A stretch of DNA of 64,000 nucleotides from Candidatus Micrarchaeota archaeon (GCA_043827025.1 JBDRPL010000006.1:14204-78203), one strand, 5' to 3'. Counted from the stretch's first letter, positions 47,533-56,256 are shown. Notes: generated from the letters alone by a model not told the origin. Made by a program: numbers and translations.

Positions 47533-48597
47533 TCAGACATATCCTTCAATTAGCACATCATCCTGTACTTGTTTGATTGCAATTGCTTTCAAATGCCAGG
47601 CATCCTTCATTTTTTCCACCCCTTTTCCTTCAAATAGATTTATGCCGTTTCCCAATATTTGGCATGAGATAAAAATAGCGATTTTGTTTATCAATCCAGA
47701 TTCAAGCATTGTTGTTGCCAATTCACTCCCTCCTTCCACAAGTATGGAAGTGATACCTATTTCACCAAGCTTCTCAAGCAATACTTTGAGGTCAATATGG
47801 CCTTCTGATGTTTCTGGCAGGACAAGGACTTCCACACCTTCTTTTTCCAGCTTCTTTCTTTTCTCCTTGTCGTGTTTTGCGCTTGTTGCGATTATCCTTC
47901 TAGCATTGGGTTCAATCCAATTATGGCCAACAGGTGCCTTAAGATAACTGTCAACAATTATCCTTATTGGGTTTTCAGTGCCTGATTTTCTAGATGTCAG
48001 TCTTGGATTATCTACGAGCACAGTATTGATTCCGACCATTATTGCATCATATTCGCTTCTCCAGGAATTGGAAAGCGCCCTAGACTGTGCATTAGATATG
48101 TATTTGGAATCGCCTGTCTTAGTAGCAATTCTGCCATCAAGGGTCATTGCCAATTTCAGCATGACAAACGGTTTTCTTGTCTTTATCCAGTGGAAGAATG
48201 ATTCATTCATTTTATTACATTCCTCGTCTTCTAATATTTTGGCTTCAATCCCCTTTTTCTTGAGTTCAGAAACACTGTTCACCTTTGGGTTCTTGTCTCT
48301 GCACCCTATGATGACCTCTTTGAGCCCAGCTTCAATTATTGCACTGGTGCATGGAGGCGTCTTCTCATAATGTGAGCAAGGCTCAAGCGTCACATAAAGA
48401 GCAGCGCCTTTCAGCTCTTCCTTGTTTTTAACTGATTTTATTGCAGCTATCTCAGCATGGTCTCCGCCGAACTTAGCATGAAATCCTTCTCCAATTATCT
48501 TGCCATTCTTTACAATAACAGCGCCTACTCTTGGATTAGGGGAAGGCCTTGCCTTTTTTGCAAGCTTCAATGCATGTTCTATATATTGGTTAGTCAT
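47533..48597 (-). CDS. ribD: Bifunctional pyrimidine deaminase/reductase (bacterial type)
   Basis: SPNPRVG, HAE, TLEPCSH..KTPPC, TLDGRIA, VEGG. Confidence 0.96.
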   Translation of the reverse strand: MTNQYIEHALKLAKKARPSPNPRVGAVIVKNGKIIGEGFHAKFGGDHAEIAAIKSVKNKEELKGAALYVTLEPCSHYEKTPPCTSAIIEAGLKEVIIGCRDKNPKVNSVSELKKKGIEAKILEDEECNKMNESFFHWIKTRKPFVMLKLAMTLDGRIATKTGDSKYISNAQSRALSNSWRSEYDAIMVGINTVLVDNPRLTSRKSGTENPIRIIVDSYLKAPVGHNWIEPNARRIIATSAKHDKEKRKKLEKEGVEVLVLPETSEGHIDLKVLLEKLGEIGITSILVEGGSELATTMLESGLINKIAIFISCQILGNGINLFEGKGVEKMKDAWHLKAIAIKQVQDDVLIEGYV

Positions 48598-48603
48598 ACG
48601 GGG

Positions 48604-49164
48604 TCACACTAGATGATCAAGCTTCTCTCTCTTTGTTTTTAAGTATTGCCTATTGTATTGGTTGGGTTTTATTGTAAGCGAGATACGCTCCACTACTATC
48701 CCGTTTTCCTCCAAACCTTTCATTTTGTTTGGGTTATTCGTAAGCAGTTTTATCTTCTTTATCCCAAAATATTCGATTATCTTTGCAGCCACTTTGTAAT
48801 CTCGATCATCACCATTGAACCCAAGTTTTTTGTTTGCATCAACCGTGTCAATTCCATTATCTTGGAGCGAGTATGCCTTTATCTTGTTCGCCAGTCCAAT
48901 ACCTCTTCCTTCTTGATCCAGATAAATAATCATGCCGCCTTCATTCCCAATTTGGGCCATTGAAGCTTCCAATTGCTCGCGGCAATCACATCTCAACGAC
49001 CCAAGCGTATCTCCTGTAAGGCATTTTGAATGGACTCGAACCAGCATTCCCTCTTTCGGTTCTTTGTTTGCAAGTACGATATGTTCGTTATCTTTTTCTT
49101 TGAATGCATATATGCAGAATTCTCCGAATTTAGTGGGAATCTTTGATTTTGCAACGAATTCCAT
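48604..49164 (-). CDS. ribA: GTP cyclohydrolase II
   Basis: RVHSKCLTGD..GSLRCDC, QEGRGIGL.NK, LLTNNP.K. Confidence 0.96.
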   Translation of the reverse strand: MEFVAKSKIPTKFGEFCIYAFKEKDNEHIVLANKEPKEGMLVRVHSKCLTGDTLGSLRCDCREQLEASMAQIGNEGGMIIYLDQEGRGIGLANKIKAYSLQDNGIDTVDANKKLGFNGDDRDYKVAAKIIEYFGIKKIKLLTNNPNKMKGLEENGIVVERISLTIKPNQYNRQYLKTKREKLDHLV

Positions 49165-49176
49165 AATTTCATCTCC

Positions 49177-50052
49177 TTATCTGAGCCTTTGGCAAAGCTT
49201 GATTGCTGCTATCACTGCGTTTCTTGCATATTCTTCTTTCCTTTCTTCTGCCTGTTTTTCATTTGCTCCAGGCCCTATTATGCCTAAGGTTACGGGCATG
49301 TTGAATTCCAGCGACAATCTTGATAATTGGTTTGCAGTTGAGTTCGCAATTACTTCATCGTGTTTTGTTTCTCCTTTGATTACTGCGCCCAGTGTAACAA
49401 TTGCGTCATTCCTTTTATCAAGCAATAACTTCTTTACTGCCAATGGGATGTCAAAACAGCCTGGAACAAAAATGATTTCGCCAATCTCGATTTTGTTCTC
49501 TGTGCAGGTTTTCTTCGCAACATTGACCATAAATTCGGTTATCTCTTTTTCGAATTCACCCACAACAAACCCAAACCTAATCTGTTTCTTCTTTCCCCAT
49601 TCACCTTCATCTTCGAATCCCTGTCTTATTCCTTTTCCAGCCTGTTCGATTAGTTTGTTCGGGTTAAGTATAATGTCAACTGCATTGCAAGTATGTTTTC
49701 TAATTCGATTCTCCGCGATTTTCATCACTTTTTGTTCATTCCATGCTTCAGTTTCAAAGACAAAGACTTCGATTATGTGCTTTCCTGAATTCAATTTTGC
49801 CTGCTGTATTGAAAGCGATGCTTCGTGTGCGCATTGCACATCAATCTTTGCTCCTCCGCCCATTCCCAGAGCCATTGCAATGTCACAGTCTTTCAGCAGA
49901 AGTTGGCATTCCACTGCCAAGTCCTTGAACCCAGGAACAGTCTTCCTTACGATTTGGATTTTGGCATTCGGATATTTTGTTTTGATCTCGTTAATTGCAA
50001 TTTCTCCCATATTCATCCTTGCGAACATCGTATCGATAATGGCGATTTTCAT
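49177..50052 (-). CDS. ribC-ribH: Fused archaeal riboflavin synthase (N-terminal) + 6,7-dimethyl-8-ribityllumazine synthase (C-terminal)
   Basis: N-half IDTMFAR, TVPGFKDL, CAHEAS, GKGIRQGFED; C-half VVGEF, VPGCFDIP, LGAVIKGETKHD, PVTLGIIGPG, QAEER; no stop between them. Confidence 0.92.
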   Translation of the reverse strand: MKIAIIDTMFARMNMGEIAINEIKTKYPNAKIQIVRKTVPGFKDLAVECQLLLKDCDIAMALGMGGGAKIDVQCAHEASLSIQQAKLNSGKHIIEVFVFETEAWNEQKVMKIAENRIRKHTCNAVDIILNPNKLIEQAGKGIRQGFEDEGEWGKKKQIRFGFVVGEFEKEITEFMVNVAKKTCTENKIEIGEIIFVPGCFDIPLAVKKLLLDKRNDAIVTLGAVIKGETKHDEVIANSTANQLSRLSLEFNMPVTLGIIGPGANEKQAEERKEEYARNAVIAAIKLCQRLR

Positions 50053-50070
50053 AAGTTTCACCTTATTGTC

Positions 50071-50700
50071 TTATCCTTCGATTATTTCCTTTCCTTCAAT
50101 CAGCACAAGTTTATTCTTCTCTGCGTACTCTTTGATTTCCTTCTTTGGAAGCGCATTTCCCTTTCCAAGCATCTCGCACAGCACCATCATCTCGATTCCT
50201 GCTCTTTTTCCAAGTTCAAGTGAAAGTTCTGTATGCCCTTTTCTGTTTTCAATTCCTCTTCCAATAAGAAGAAACACATGTCCAGGCGTGTAAAAGTTCG
50301 CAACCAATTCATCTTTCGTTTTGGTTTTTGATATTTCTTTAATTGTAAGCGCTCTATCGTTGTCAGGTATTCCAGTATAAACTCGTTTGTGATTTACAGA
50401 AATCGAAAAGGAGGGTTTATCTCCGTAAGCAGTTCTATTACATTTCATTCCCTTCAGCTTCGAGTTTGAACTCTCTAGGATATCAGCATAGAACTCCAAT
50501 CCAAGCCTGCCTGCCCTTTCCTTAGCCACAGCAAGGCAAATCAGTCCGCCAGCATCTTTTCTAAGTATTTCAACGTATTCAGGCTTTGCAAATTCAGCCC
50601 CAAAAACCAGGTCAGCTTCACCTTCACGCCCATCTCCATCATAGATAAGAATCATCTTGCCTTTTTTCAGTTCTGAGACTGCCTTTTCCACATTATCCAT
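50071..50700 (-). CDS. ribB: 3,4-dihydroxy-2-butanone 4-phosphate synthase (archaeal type)
   Basis: YD.DGREGEAD, GGLIC, YGDKPSFSI.VNH, TGIPDNDRA, PGHV, R.GHTE, CEML. Confidence 0.95.
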   Translation of the reverse strand: MDNVEKAVSELKKGKMILIYDGDGREGEADLVFGAEFAKPEYVEILRKDAGGLICLAVAKERAGRLGLEFYADILESSNSKLKGMKCNRTAYGDKPSFSISVNHKRVYTGIPDNDRALTIKEISKTKTKDELVANFYTPGHVFLLIGRGIENRKGHTELSLELGKRAGIEMMVLCEMLGKGNALPKKEIKEYAEKNKLVLIEGKEIIEG

Positions 50701-50714
50701 AAGTAGATATCTGT

Positions 50715-50738
50715 TAGTTACTTATTTATAGGTAACTA
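50715..50738. promoter_or_regulatory. Palindromic operator overlapping the TATA box of the rib operon
   Basis: TAGTTAC-tTATttATAg-GTAACTA; minus-strand TATAAATA inside, about 23 nt upstream of the ribB ATG. Confidence 0.6.
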
Positions 50739-50765
50739 CTAACTTATTGGTAATCGTTCGTACAC

Positions 50766-51080
50766 CTAAATCTTCTTCGTTTTCATCTCAGCAATGAAAC
50801 TGTTTGCCAATTCCTTTAGTCTAGGTTCCCTTGTCTTTTCTATGAATTCCCTTAGCTCGTAGATATGTCCATTCAAACCCTGAGTTGCATGTCCTCTTAT
50901 GCGGGCATCCTTTGCTTCAAGCGCGATCTTAAGCGTTGCCTTTGTTTCTTTTAGTTCAGCAAGGGCATCAACTGCTTCACAGCCTTGGTCTTTGGATTGG
51001 TCTTTTGATAGTGCAGTTTCTGTCAGCTTCTTAACAAGTTCTTTACGTTCCTTCTGTGTCATTTGTATTATTGGAAACAT
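50766..51080 (-). CDS. Small HEAT-like helical protein
   Basis: EAVDALAEL...L.IAL..KD.RIR..A pattern; TGATG overlap with the pyrK stop. Confidence 0.6.
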   Translation of the reverse strand: MFPIIQMTQKERKELVKKLTETALSKDQSKDQGCEAVDALAELKETKATLKIALEAKDARIRGHATQGLNGHIYELREFIEKTREPRLKELANSFIAEMKTKKI

Positions 51081-51889
51081 CAGTAATCCTCTTTTTTTCC
51101 AGAAGCCCCTCTGTGCACCTTTCCGAATTCGCCCATCTTCAAGATGTCTTCTGCATTGAATACTGGTCCGTCTCTACATACGGATTTTCCATTAAGATCG
51201 CATGAGCCGCATATCCCAATGCCGCATTTCATGTACCTCTCCAAACTAAGTTGGCACGGAATCTTCAGTTCGTCACATTTCTTTGCAAGGAAATACATCA
51301 TCTTCTCCGGACCGCATGAGTATATTTGATCGAATTTGCCTTTTTCTAATTCACTAGTGAGGCATTGAACTGCGTTGCCCTTGAAACCGCAAGAACCATC
51401 GTCCGTACTGGTTAGTACTTTGCATCCAAGTGACTCAAATTTCTTTTCATAAACCAGGTCTTTCTTCTCTCTTGCGCCAATGATTACAGTTGTCTTGACT
51501 CCATTTTCCTTTGCTTCTTGGGCAAGTGAGTAAAGAGGAACAACTCCATAGCCTCCGCCAACAAGGCAAATCTGTTTTCCTTTCAATTCGAAACCTTTTC
51601 CAAAAGGTCCTTTGAATGTGAACAGATCACCTTTCTTCAGTTTGTGCATCTCTGCGCTGAATGGACCGACATTCGCAACGCTGATTGTCAATGGCTTGGA
51701 TTTCGCAATTCCAATAGGCTTCTCACTAACATTTGGAATCCAGGCCATGATATACTGGCCAGGAACAGCATCGGTCAGCTCGACATCTATCTCGAATGTC
51801 TTGATTCTGTAATTCTCTTCACTAACATTAGTTATCTTTCCAGTTTTGAGTTTTGCGTCTCCGAATTTCATTTTATTCACATCAAACAT
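51080..51889 (-). CDS. pyrK: Dihydroorotate dehydrogenase electron transfer subunit
   Basis: PGQY.M.W, GPFGKGF, GGGYG, TDDGS, CGPE.M, ERYMKCGIGICGSC...CRDGPVF; start 51889 or 51871. Confidence 0.94.
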   Translation of the reverse strand: MFDVNKMKFGDAKLKTGKITNVSEENYRIKTFEIDVELTDAVPGQYIMAWIPNVSEKPIGIAKSKPLTISVANVGPFSAEMHKLKKGDLFTFKGPFGKGFELKGKQICLVGGGYGVVPLYSLAQEAKENGVKTTVIIGAREKKDLVYEKKFESLGCKVLTSTDDGSCGFKGNAVQCLTSELEKGKFDQIYSCGPEKMMYFLAKKCDELKIPCQLSLERYMKCGIGICGSCDLNGKSVCRDGPVFNAEDILKMGEFGKVHRGASGKKEDY

Positions 51890-51976
51890 AACTAGTGTAA
51901 GGACCAGATTAAAAGTTTTCCATTCGTTGTAGTTTATGTAGTTATGTTTATTAATTCTTCCTAACAACATTCCTCC

Positions 51977-52714
51977 ATGGCTATCAGTCAAACTACAGTG
52001 GTTCATGCCAGGCCTGGACATTCAACAAGAGAAAAGGCCTTTCAAGGAGTTACTCTTCTTTCAGATGCTGGGCGAAAAACCTTATTGGCAGGATTGCCTA
52101 ATTACCCAGAATCCAGAGAAGTGGCACTTGCTATGTGGAAGCTTTGTCCGAATTTAGCTCGTGGTTCTGCAGTAACTGCTGAACACATTCATAGCTATCG
52201 GGTTACAAGAACAAGTAATGTTGTTGTAGTTGCTCATGAGAACGACTTTCCTTTTCCTAATCAAAACAAATTCGTTGTTTATCCAAGACCAGAGCATTTT
52301 CCTATGTTTGTTCTTGCACTTAACAGTGTCAGGCCAGGCAGTTATGGCGAATTAAATCCTGGTTCCATAGGCACCTTGCGCACATCTTCATTTCGAGACA
52401 TTGTCTTTGACATACAAGCGCACTACAGGACCATTAATCCTTATAATTCTGATTCGCTTCCTCGTAAATATTCTACATTGTATGGTGGTTGGCGTATTCA
52501 TGTTATTGAAGAATTTTTAAGGATGGGCATATCATTAGGTTCCCAGCCATTTGAGTTCAGTTCTAATTTATTTGTGCATTCCGAATTGCACAATATCGCT
52601 ATTCTTCGAGACATCGTGTCTGTTCTATCTCGCTTCGGCATGTCCCATTCAACTGATGGTTCTAGGGTCGAACGAGTACAAGAGATTCCAGATTCCCAGC
52701 TTATGTTTGTCTGA
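51977..52714 (+). CDS. Hypothetical protein (orphan) inverted between pyrD and pyrK
   Basis: 245-aa ORF filling the gap; no motif recognised. Confidence 0.65.
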   Translation: MAISQTTVVHARPGHSTREKAFQGVTLLSDAGRKTLLAGLPNYPESREVALAMWKLCPNLARGSAVTAEHIHSYRVTRTSNVVVVAHENDFPFPNQNKFVVYPRPEHFPMFVLALNSVRPGSYGELNPGSIGTLRTSSFRDIVFDIQAHYRTINPYNSDSLPRKYSTLYGGWRIHVIEEFLRMGISLGSQPFEFSSNLFVHSELHNIAILRDIVSVLSRFGMSHSTDGSRVERVQEIPDSQLMFV

Positions 52715-52724
52715 GTTATCCCAT

Positions 52725-53651
52725 TTATCTATGCACAGCTCCAATTATCTCATTATAATCAGAGTATCCATGCTCTTCCATCCATTTCTCCATCTCATTT
52801 GCTATCTGCGAGAATGCTTCCTTTCCTCTGTAATAAACTGCTGTTCCTACTCCGATTGCAGAAGCGCCAGCCATCATCATTTCTATTGCATCCTTTCCGT
52901 ATGTGATTCCACCTGTTCCTAGGATTGGAATCTTAACTGCAAGATGAATATCGTAAACGCATCTAATCATCAGAGGTTTTATCTGAGGTCCGCTCATTCC
53001 TCCGAATTTGAATGTCAAGACTGGCGTTTTTCTTTCAATATCAATAACCATTCCTGGGCCTGCAGTATTGCCCATATTGATCGCATCTGCCCCGTTCTTT
53101 TCAGCAGCCTTTGCTAACTCTCCAATTCCCTGCGAGCTTGGCGATAGTTTTACAATTAGTGGAAGGTTTGTCTTGCTTTTTATTGCCTTTGTTATTTCTC
53201 CAACTGCTTCAGGAGTTCCCTGGCCTGCAAGCGTACCATAGCCAGGTGTGTGAGGGCAAGAGACCGCAGCTTCAAGAACACTGCATTTCAGGCTTCCGCC
53301 TTTTCGGGCAGCCTCGATTTTTTCAGCCAGTTGGCCAAATTCATTCGCATCCTTACCCGTAATACTCATAATGAGATGCTCTTTCCTGTTCCAGCCTGAA
53401 AACTCTTTAATTCCTTCGTCAATTCCTGGATTGCTTAGGCCAACAGCATTCAGGAATCCGTAATCGCATTCAGCTAATATTGGAGGTTTATGGCCAGTTC
53501 TTTCATCTTTTGTAAGCGACTTTATAGTAACAGCGCCTGCACCTTTCTCACAAACCTCTTCCAATCCAGCTCTAGTGACTCCAAGTATTCCAGAAGCCAA
53601 GATAAGCGGATTCTTCATCTCCATTCCAAGGAATTTAGTTTTGATAGACAT
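52725..53651 (-). CDS. pyrD: Dihydroorotate dehydrogenase catalytic subunit (family 1B)
   Basis: NPLILASG, LNAVGLSNPG, SCPH, VKLSP, GGMSGP.IKP, GTGGI. Confidence 0.95.
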   Translation of the reverse strand: MSIKTKFLGMEMKNPLILASGILGVTRAGLEEVCEKGAGAVTIKSLTKDERTGHKPPILAECDYGFLNAVGLSNPGIDEGIKEFSGWNRKEHLIMSITGKDANEFGQLAEKIEAARKGGSLKCSVLEAAVSCPHTPGYGTLAGQGTPEAVGEITKAIKSKTNLPLIVKLSPSSQGIGELAKAAEKNGADAINMGNTAGPGMVIDIERKTPVLTFKFGGMSGPQIKPLMIRCVYDIHLAVKIPILGTGGITYGKDAIEMMMAGASAIGVGTAVYYRGKEAFSQIANEMEKWMEEHGYSDYNEIIGAVHR

Positions 53652-53675
53652 GAGTATCTATTTGGTTTTGAGGGG

Positions 53676-54146
53676 TTATGTTTTAATTTCTAATGAGTAG
53701 ATGTCCAAATCCAGCTTTTTGTTGTTTCCCAGCCTTTCGATCATCCATTCTCGAAGCATTTTCTTTATGTTGCCTGATTGTTCTGCGAATGCTGAATATG
53801 TTTCCAATCCATCTCTAGAGTAGCATGATGAAATTATTGTGCAACCGCTATTAAGTACTGCATCATATGAAGTAAGCGAGGATTTCCATGCAACTTGTAA
53901 GAATCGGTTGTCAATCTGCTTTACTTCGAGAACTCGTTCACTATTCGAGACATGTTTTGCAAACAGGTTGAAGGCTTCGGGTTCAGAAGAATCTACCTTA
54001 TAGAGCGCCTTGACAATTCTTTTACTAGAATCAGGCGTATTATACGTTCTTCCGCTGATTTCGCGCACTTGCAATTCAGGAAAATGCGAAATCGCATCAG
54101 TGAACCAGCAGTCGTGGTGATGGACTCCAATCTCAAAGAACTTCAT
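53676..54146 (-). CDS. Sensor-type domain resembling the N-terminus of Bat/HTH_10 regulators; HTH absent (possibly truncated)
   Basis: H..DCW...S..P motif and G.E.Y pattern; no C-terminal HTH before pyrD. Confidence 0.5.
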   Translation of the reverse strand: MKFFEIGVHHHDCWFTDAISHFPELQVREISGRTYNTPDSSKRIVKALYKVDSSEPEAFNLFAKHVSNSERVLEVKQIDNRFLQVAWKSSLTSYDAVLNSGCTIISSCYSRDGLETYSAFAEQSGNIKKMLREWMIERLGNNKKLDLDIYSLEIKT

Positions 54147-54228
54147 AAATTATTTCGGAACGAAATGTTATATAAATAATCGCATGATGGATTAACATAA
54201 CTTTATTTAATCTATTTTATTATATCAT

Positions 54229-55419
54229 ATGGGGTTAGGTATGGACAAGTCGAATATTCACAAGTTGGTTTCTCTTACTTTTGACGAAGATCCAAAGGTT
54301 AGGATGAATGCTGCCACTTCGCTTTCAAGCAGCGAGGATCCTGCAGCTTTGTTCGCCCTTATGGAACTAAGTTATGACAAAGATATTGCAGTCAAGGATT
54401 TCGCCCAAAAGCTCCTCCAGGAGAAGAAATCCTCTGAACGGGAGTATATGTCCTTCGCAGAGATATTTTCAATGCCCCAAAGCGCTGATTCAGGTTCTGT
54501 TGATGAAAAGTCAATTTTAACACTTAAGGAAAGGGTACTTTCACCAATTACCCAATTATTCGAGAAGAAGCTTGGAAAGGAAAGGGCAGCGGCAGTCAAG
54601 CAGAAGATGATGCCGACCATCGAAAAAATTTATATGCGCAGCAAGGAGAGAAAAACTGATGATAATGGCAAACAGGCAATCCAAGAATTTCTTACAAGTT
54701 ACATGGAAGCAATCTCTGATCTTGACGTTGTCAAGGGTGTTGAGATAGAGCACCATCCAACTTCCCAAAAGGCAGATCTCCGCGAAAAACCTGGCAGAAA
54801 AAGGATGGAATTGCCAGATGTGGAATCCGTGTCGGATGATGGGCTTGAAGTTGTTGGCCATGCCACCCACTCCGAGATTTCAAAGGTTGCAAGCGAACTC
54901 AAGGATATTGATTCCATGGGTTTTGATGCAGAAGAGGAAAAGGAAGAGGACAAGCTCAAATCAATGCCCGACTCAATGTTCAAGAAAGCCTATGAGGTAA
55001 TGATGTTCTCTGGTGGCGATGAAAAAATAATGCAGGATGAGATGAGAAGGATGCTTGCCAATACCGAAAGGGATCTTAAGATGGCATTCGGACTTGCAAA
55101 GAAACGCTTCAAGGAGATAAATGTTACTCATCTAACGGAATTGAAAGACGGCATGAGGAATGTGTCGACGGATTTGCTCACCATCAAGAGTCTTGAAAAG
55201 CTGGAATTCATTGAAAAGAAGGCCAAGAAGGAATTCACCAAGGTCACAGTCAGCGATGACGAAGGCAGTGAAGGCCTTTTATATGTTTTTGACGACAGGT
55301 CCATTTGGCTTAAGAGCGGTATGAAGATAAAAATAGTGGGCGGAATAGTCAAAACATTTAAGACTGGGGAAACAGGGCTTGCCTTGGGTAAGAAAGGGAA
55401 TATTTATATTGTTTTGTAA
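54229..55419 (+). CDS. HEAT-repeat + acidic linker + C-terminal SSB/RPA-like OB-fold protein
   Basis: DEDPKVRMNAA.SL...L.EL..DKD..V; C-terminal LTELKDGMRNV...VSDDEG...LKSG..IKI.GG.VKTF. Confidence 0.75.
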   Translation: MGLGMDKSNIHKLVSLTFDEDPKVRMNAATSLSSSEDPAALFALMELSYDKDIAVKDFAQKLLQEKKSSEREYMSFAEIFSMPQSADSGSVDEKSILTLKERVLSPITQLFEKKLGKERAAAVKQKMMPTIEKIYMRSKERKTDDNGKQAIQEFLTSYMEAISDLDVVKGVEIEHHPTSQKADLREKPGRKRMELPDVESVSDDGLEVVGHATHSEISKVASELKDIDSMGFDAEEEKEEDKLKSMPDSMFKKAYEVMMFSGGDEKIMQDEMRRMLANTERDLKMAFGLAKKRFKEINVTHLTELKDGMRNVSTDLLTIKSLEKLEFIEKKAKKEFTKVTVSDDEGSEGLLYVFDDRSIWLKSGMKIKIVGGIVKTFKTGETGLALGKKGNIYIVL

Positions 55420-55459
55420 GTACTATATAGTCTCTAGTGTTTCTAATGGTGGTGTATAT

Positions 55460-55636
55460 ATGGAATTGACAAAATATGAATTAGCGCGTATCATAGGTGC
55501 AAGGGCTCTCCAGCTTTCAAGTGGCGCGCCGCCATTAATTAAAGCAAAACAGGACGTCAGCGTAATTGATGTGGCAAAACTCGAATTCGAGAACGATGTC
55601 ATTCCACTTGCAGTTCTAAAGGAAAAGGAGCACTAA
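55460..55636 (+). CDS. rpoK: RNA polymerase subunit K (Rpo6)
   Basis: LTKYELARIIGARALQLS.GAP. Confidence 0.96.
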   Translation: MELTKYELARIIGARALQLSSGAPPLIKAKQDVSVIDVAKLEFENDVIPLAVLKEKEH

Positions 55637-56228
55637 CCAATTCTAATTTGTAGTATTCAGCTTCTTCTTTTATCAGAACTCTTTTTTGCTTGTCTATCCA
55701 GGAATAGACCAATAGGTCTTTGGTTTCTGTTTTTACCTTGAAAGTATCTCTTCCGGAAATGTTTTCTGAGCCAATGGTTTTTAGGAAGATTTCTTCTACT
55801 TGTGAGGGTTTGCCATCTATCCTTAGCGTCCTATTGACTTTCCATTCCCAATCCTCATCAATAGCAAGCATCCATGGCTTGAAGATGGGTATTTGCGCAT
55901 TTGAGAGCACGAAATTGTTGCCCCCTGCCTCATTTCCATTCTTGTCAAGGCAGGGCACAGGCTGATCTTTGAGTCCTATTGTGCTAATCCCTATACAGGA
56001 GCCTCCTGATACAATCCCAAATGCAGCCTCTGAAGGGATTCCTTTTGCAGTGTACCTATATACATATTTTTCTCCAGGCACTAGCCCGAGCTTATATATC
56101 TTATAGAGTGGCGCTTCATCGAATGTCTGGCTTATAGTAATCTGTGGCTTGAAGAAAAGCGCTGAGAGTATTGCTATCCCAAGAAAAAGGACAATTGTTA
56201 TCATGAAAATATTAAGTTCCTTTTTCAT
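55599..56228 (-). CDS. Membrane-anchored hypothetical protein
   Basis: N-terminal TM from ATG 56228; beta-rich body; 3' end overlaps rpoK. Confidence 0.7.
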   Translation of the reverse strand: MKKELNIFMITIVLFLGIAILSALFFKPQITISQTFDEAPLYKIYKLGLVPGEKYVYRYTAKGIPSEAAFGIVSGGSCIGISTIGLKDQPVPCLDKNGNEAGGNNFVLSNAQIPIFKPWMLAIDEDWEWKVNRTLRIDGKPSQVEEIFLKTIGSENISGRDTFKVKTETKDLLVYSWIDKQKRVLIKEEAEYYKLELVSAPFPLELQVE

Positions 56229-56256
56229 GTTATATCCTTCTTGGGGCATCGCTCTT

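Noticed and set aside
48932..50293. 453-aa plus-strand ORF
   Set aside because: Antisense shadow of ribA/ribC-ribH/ribB; Ser/Phe/Ile-rich composition mirrors the A-rich sense codons, with no motif or promoter
51890..52021. 44-aa N-terminal extension of PyrK in the ORF track
   Set aside because: Runs through the divergent promoter and into the opposite-strand gene; family similarity starts near 51889-51871
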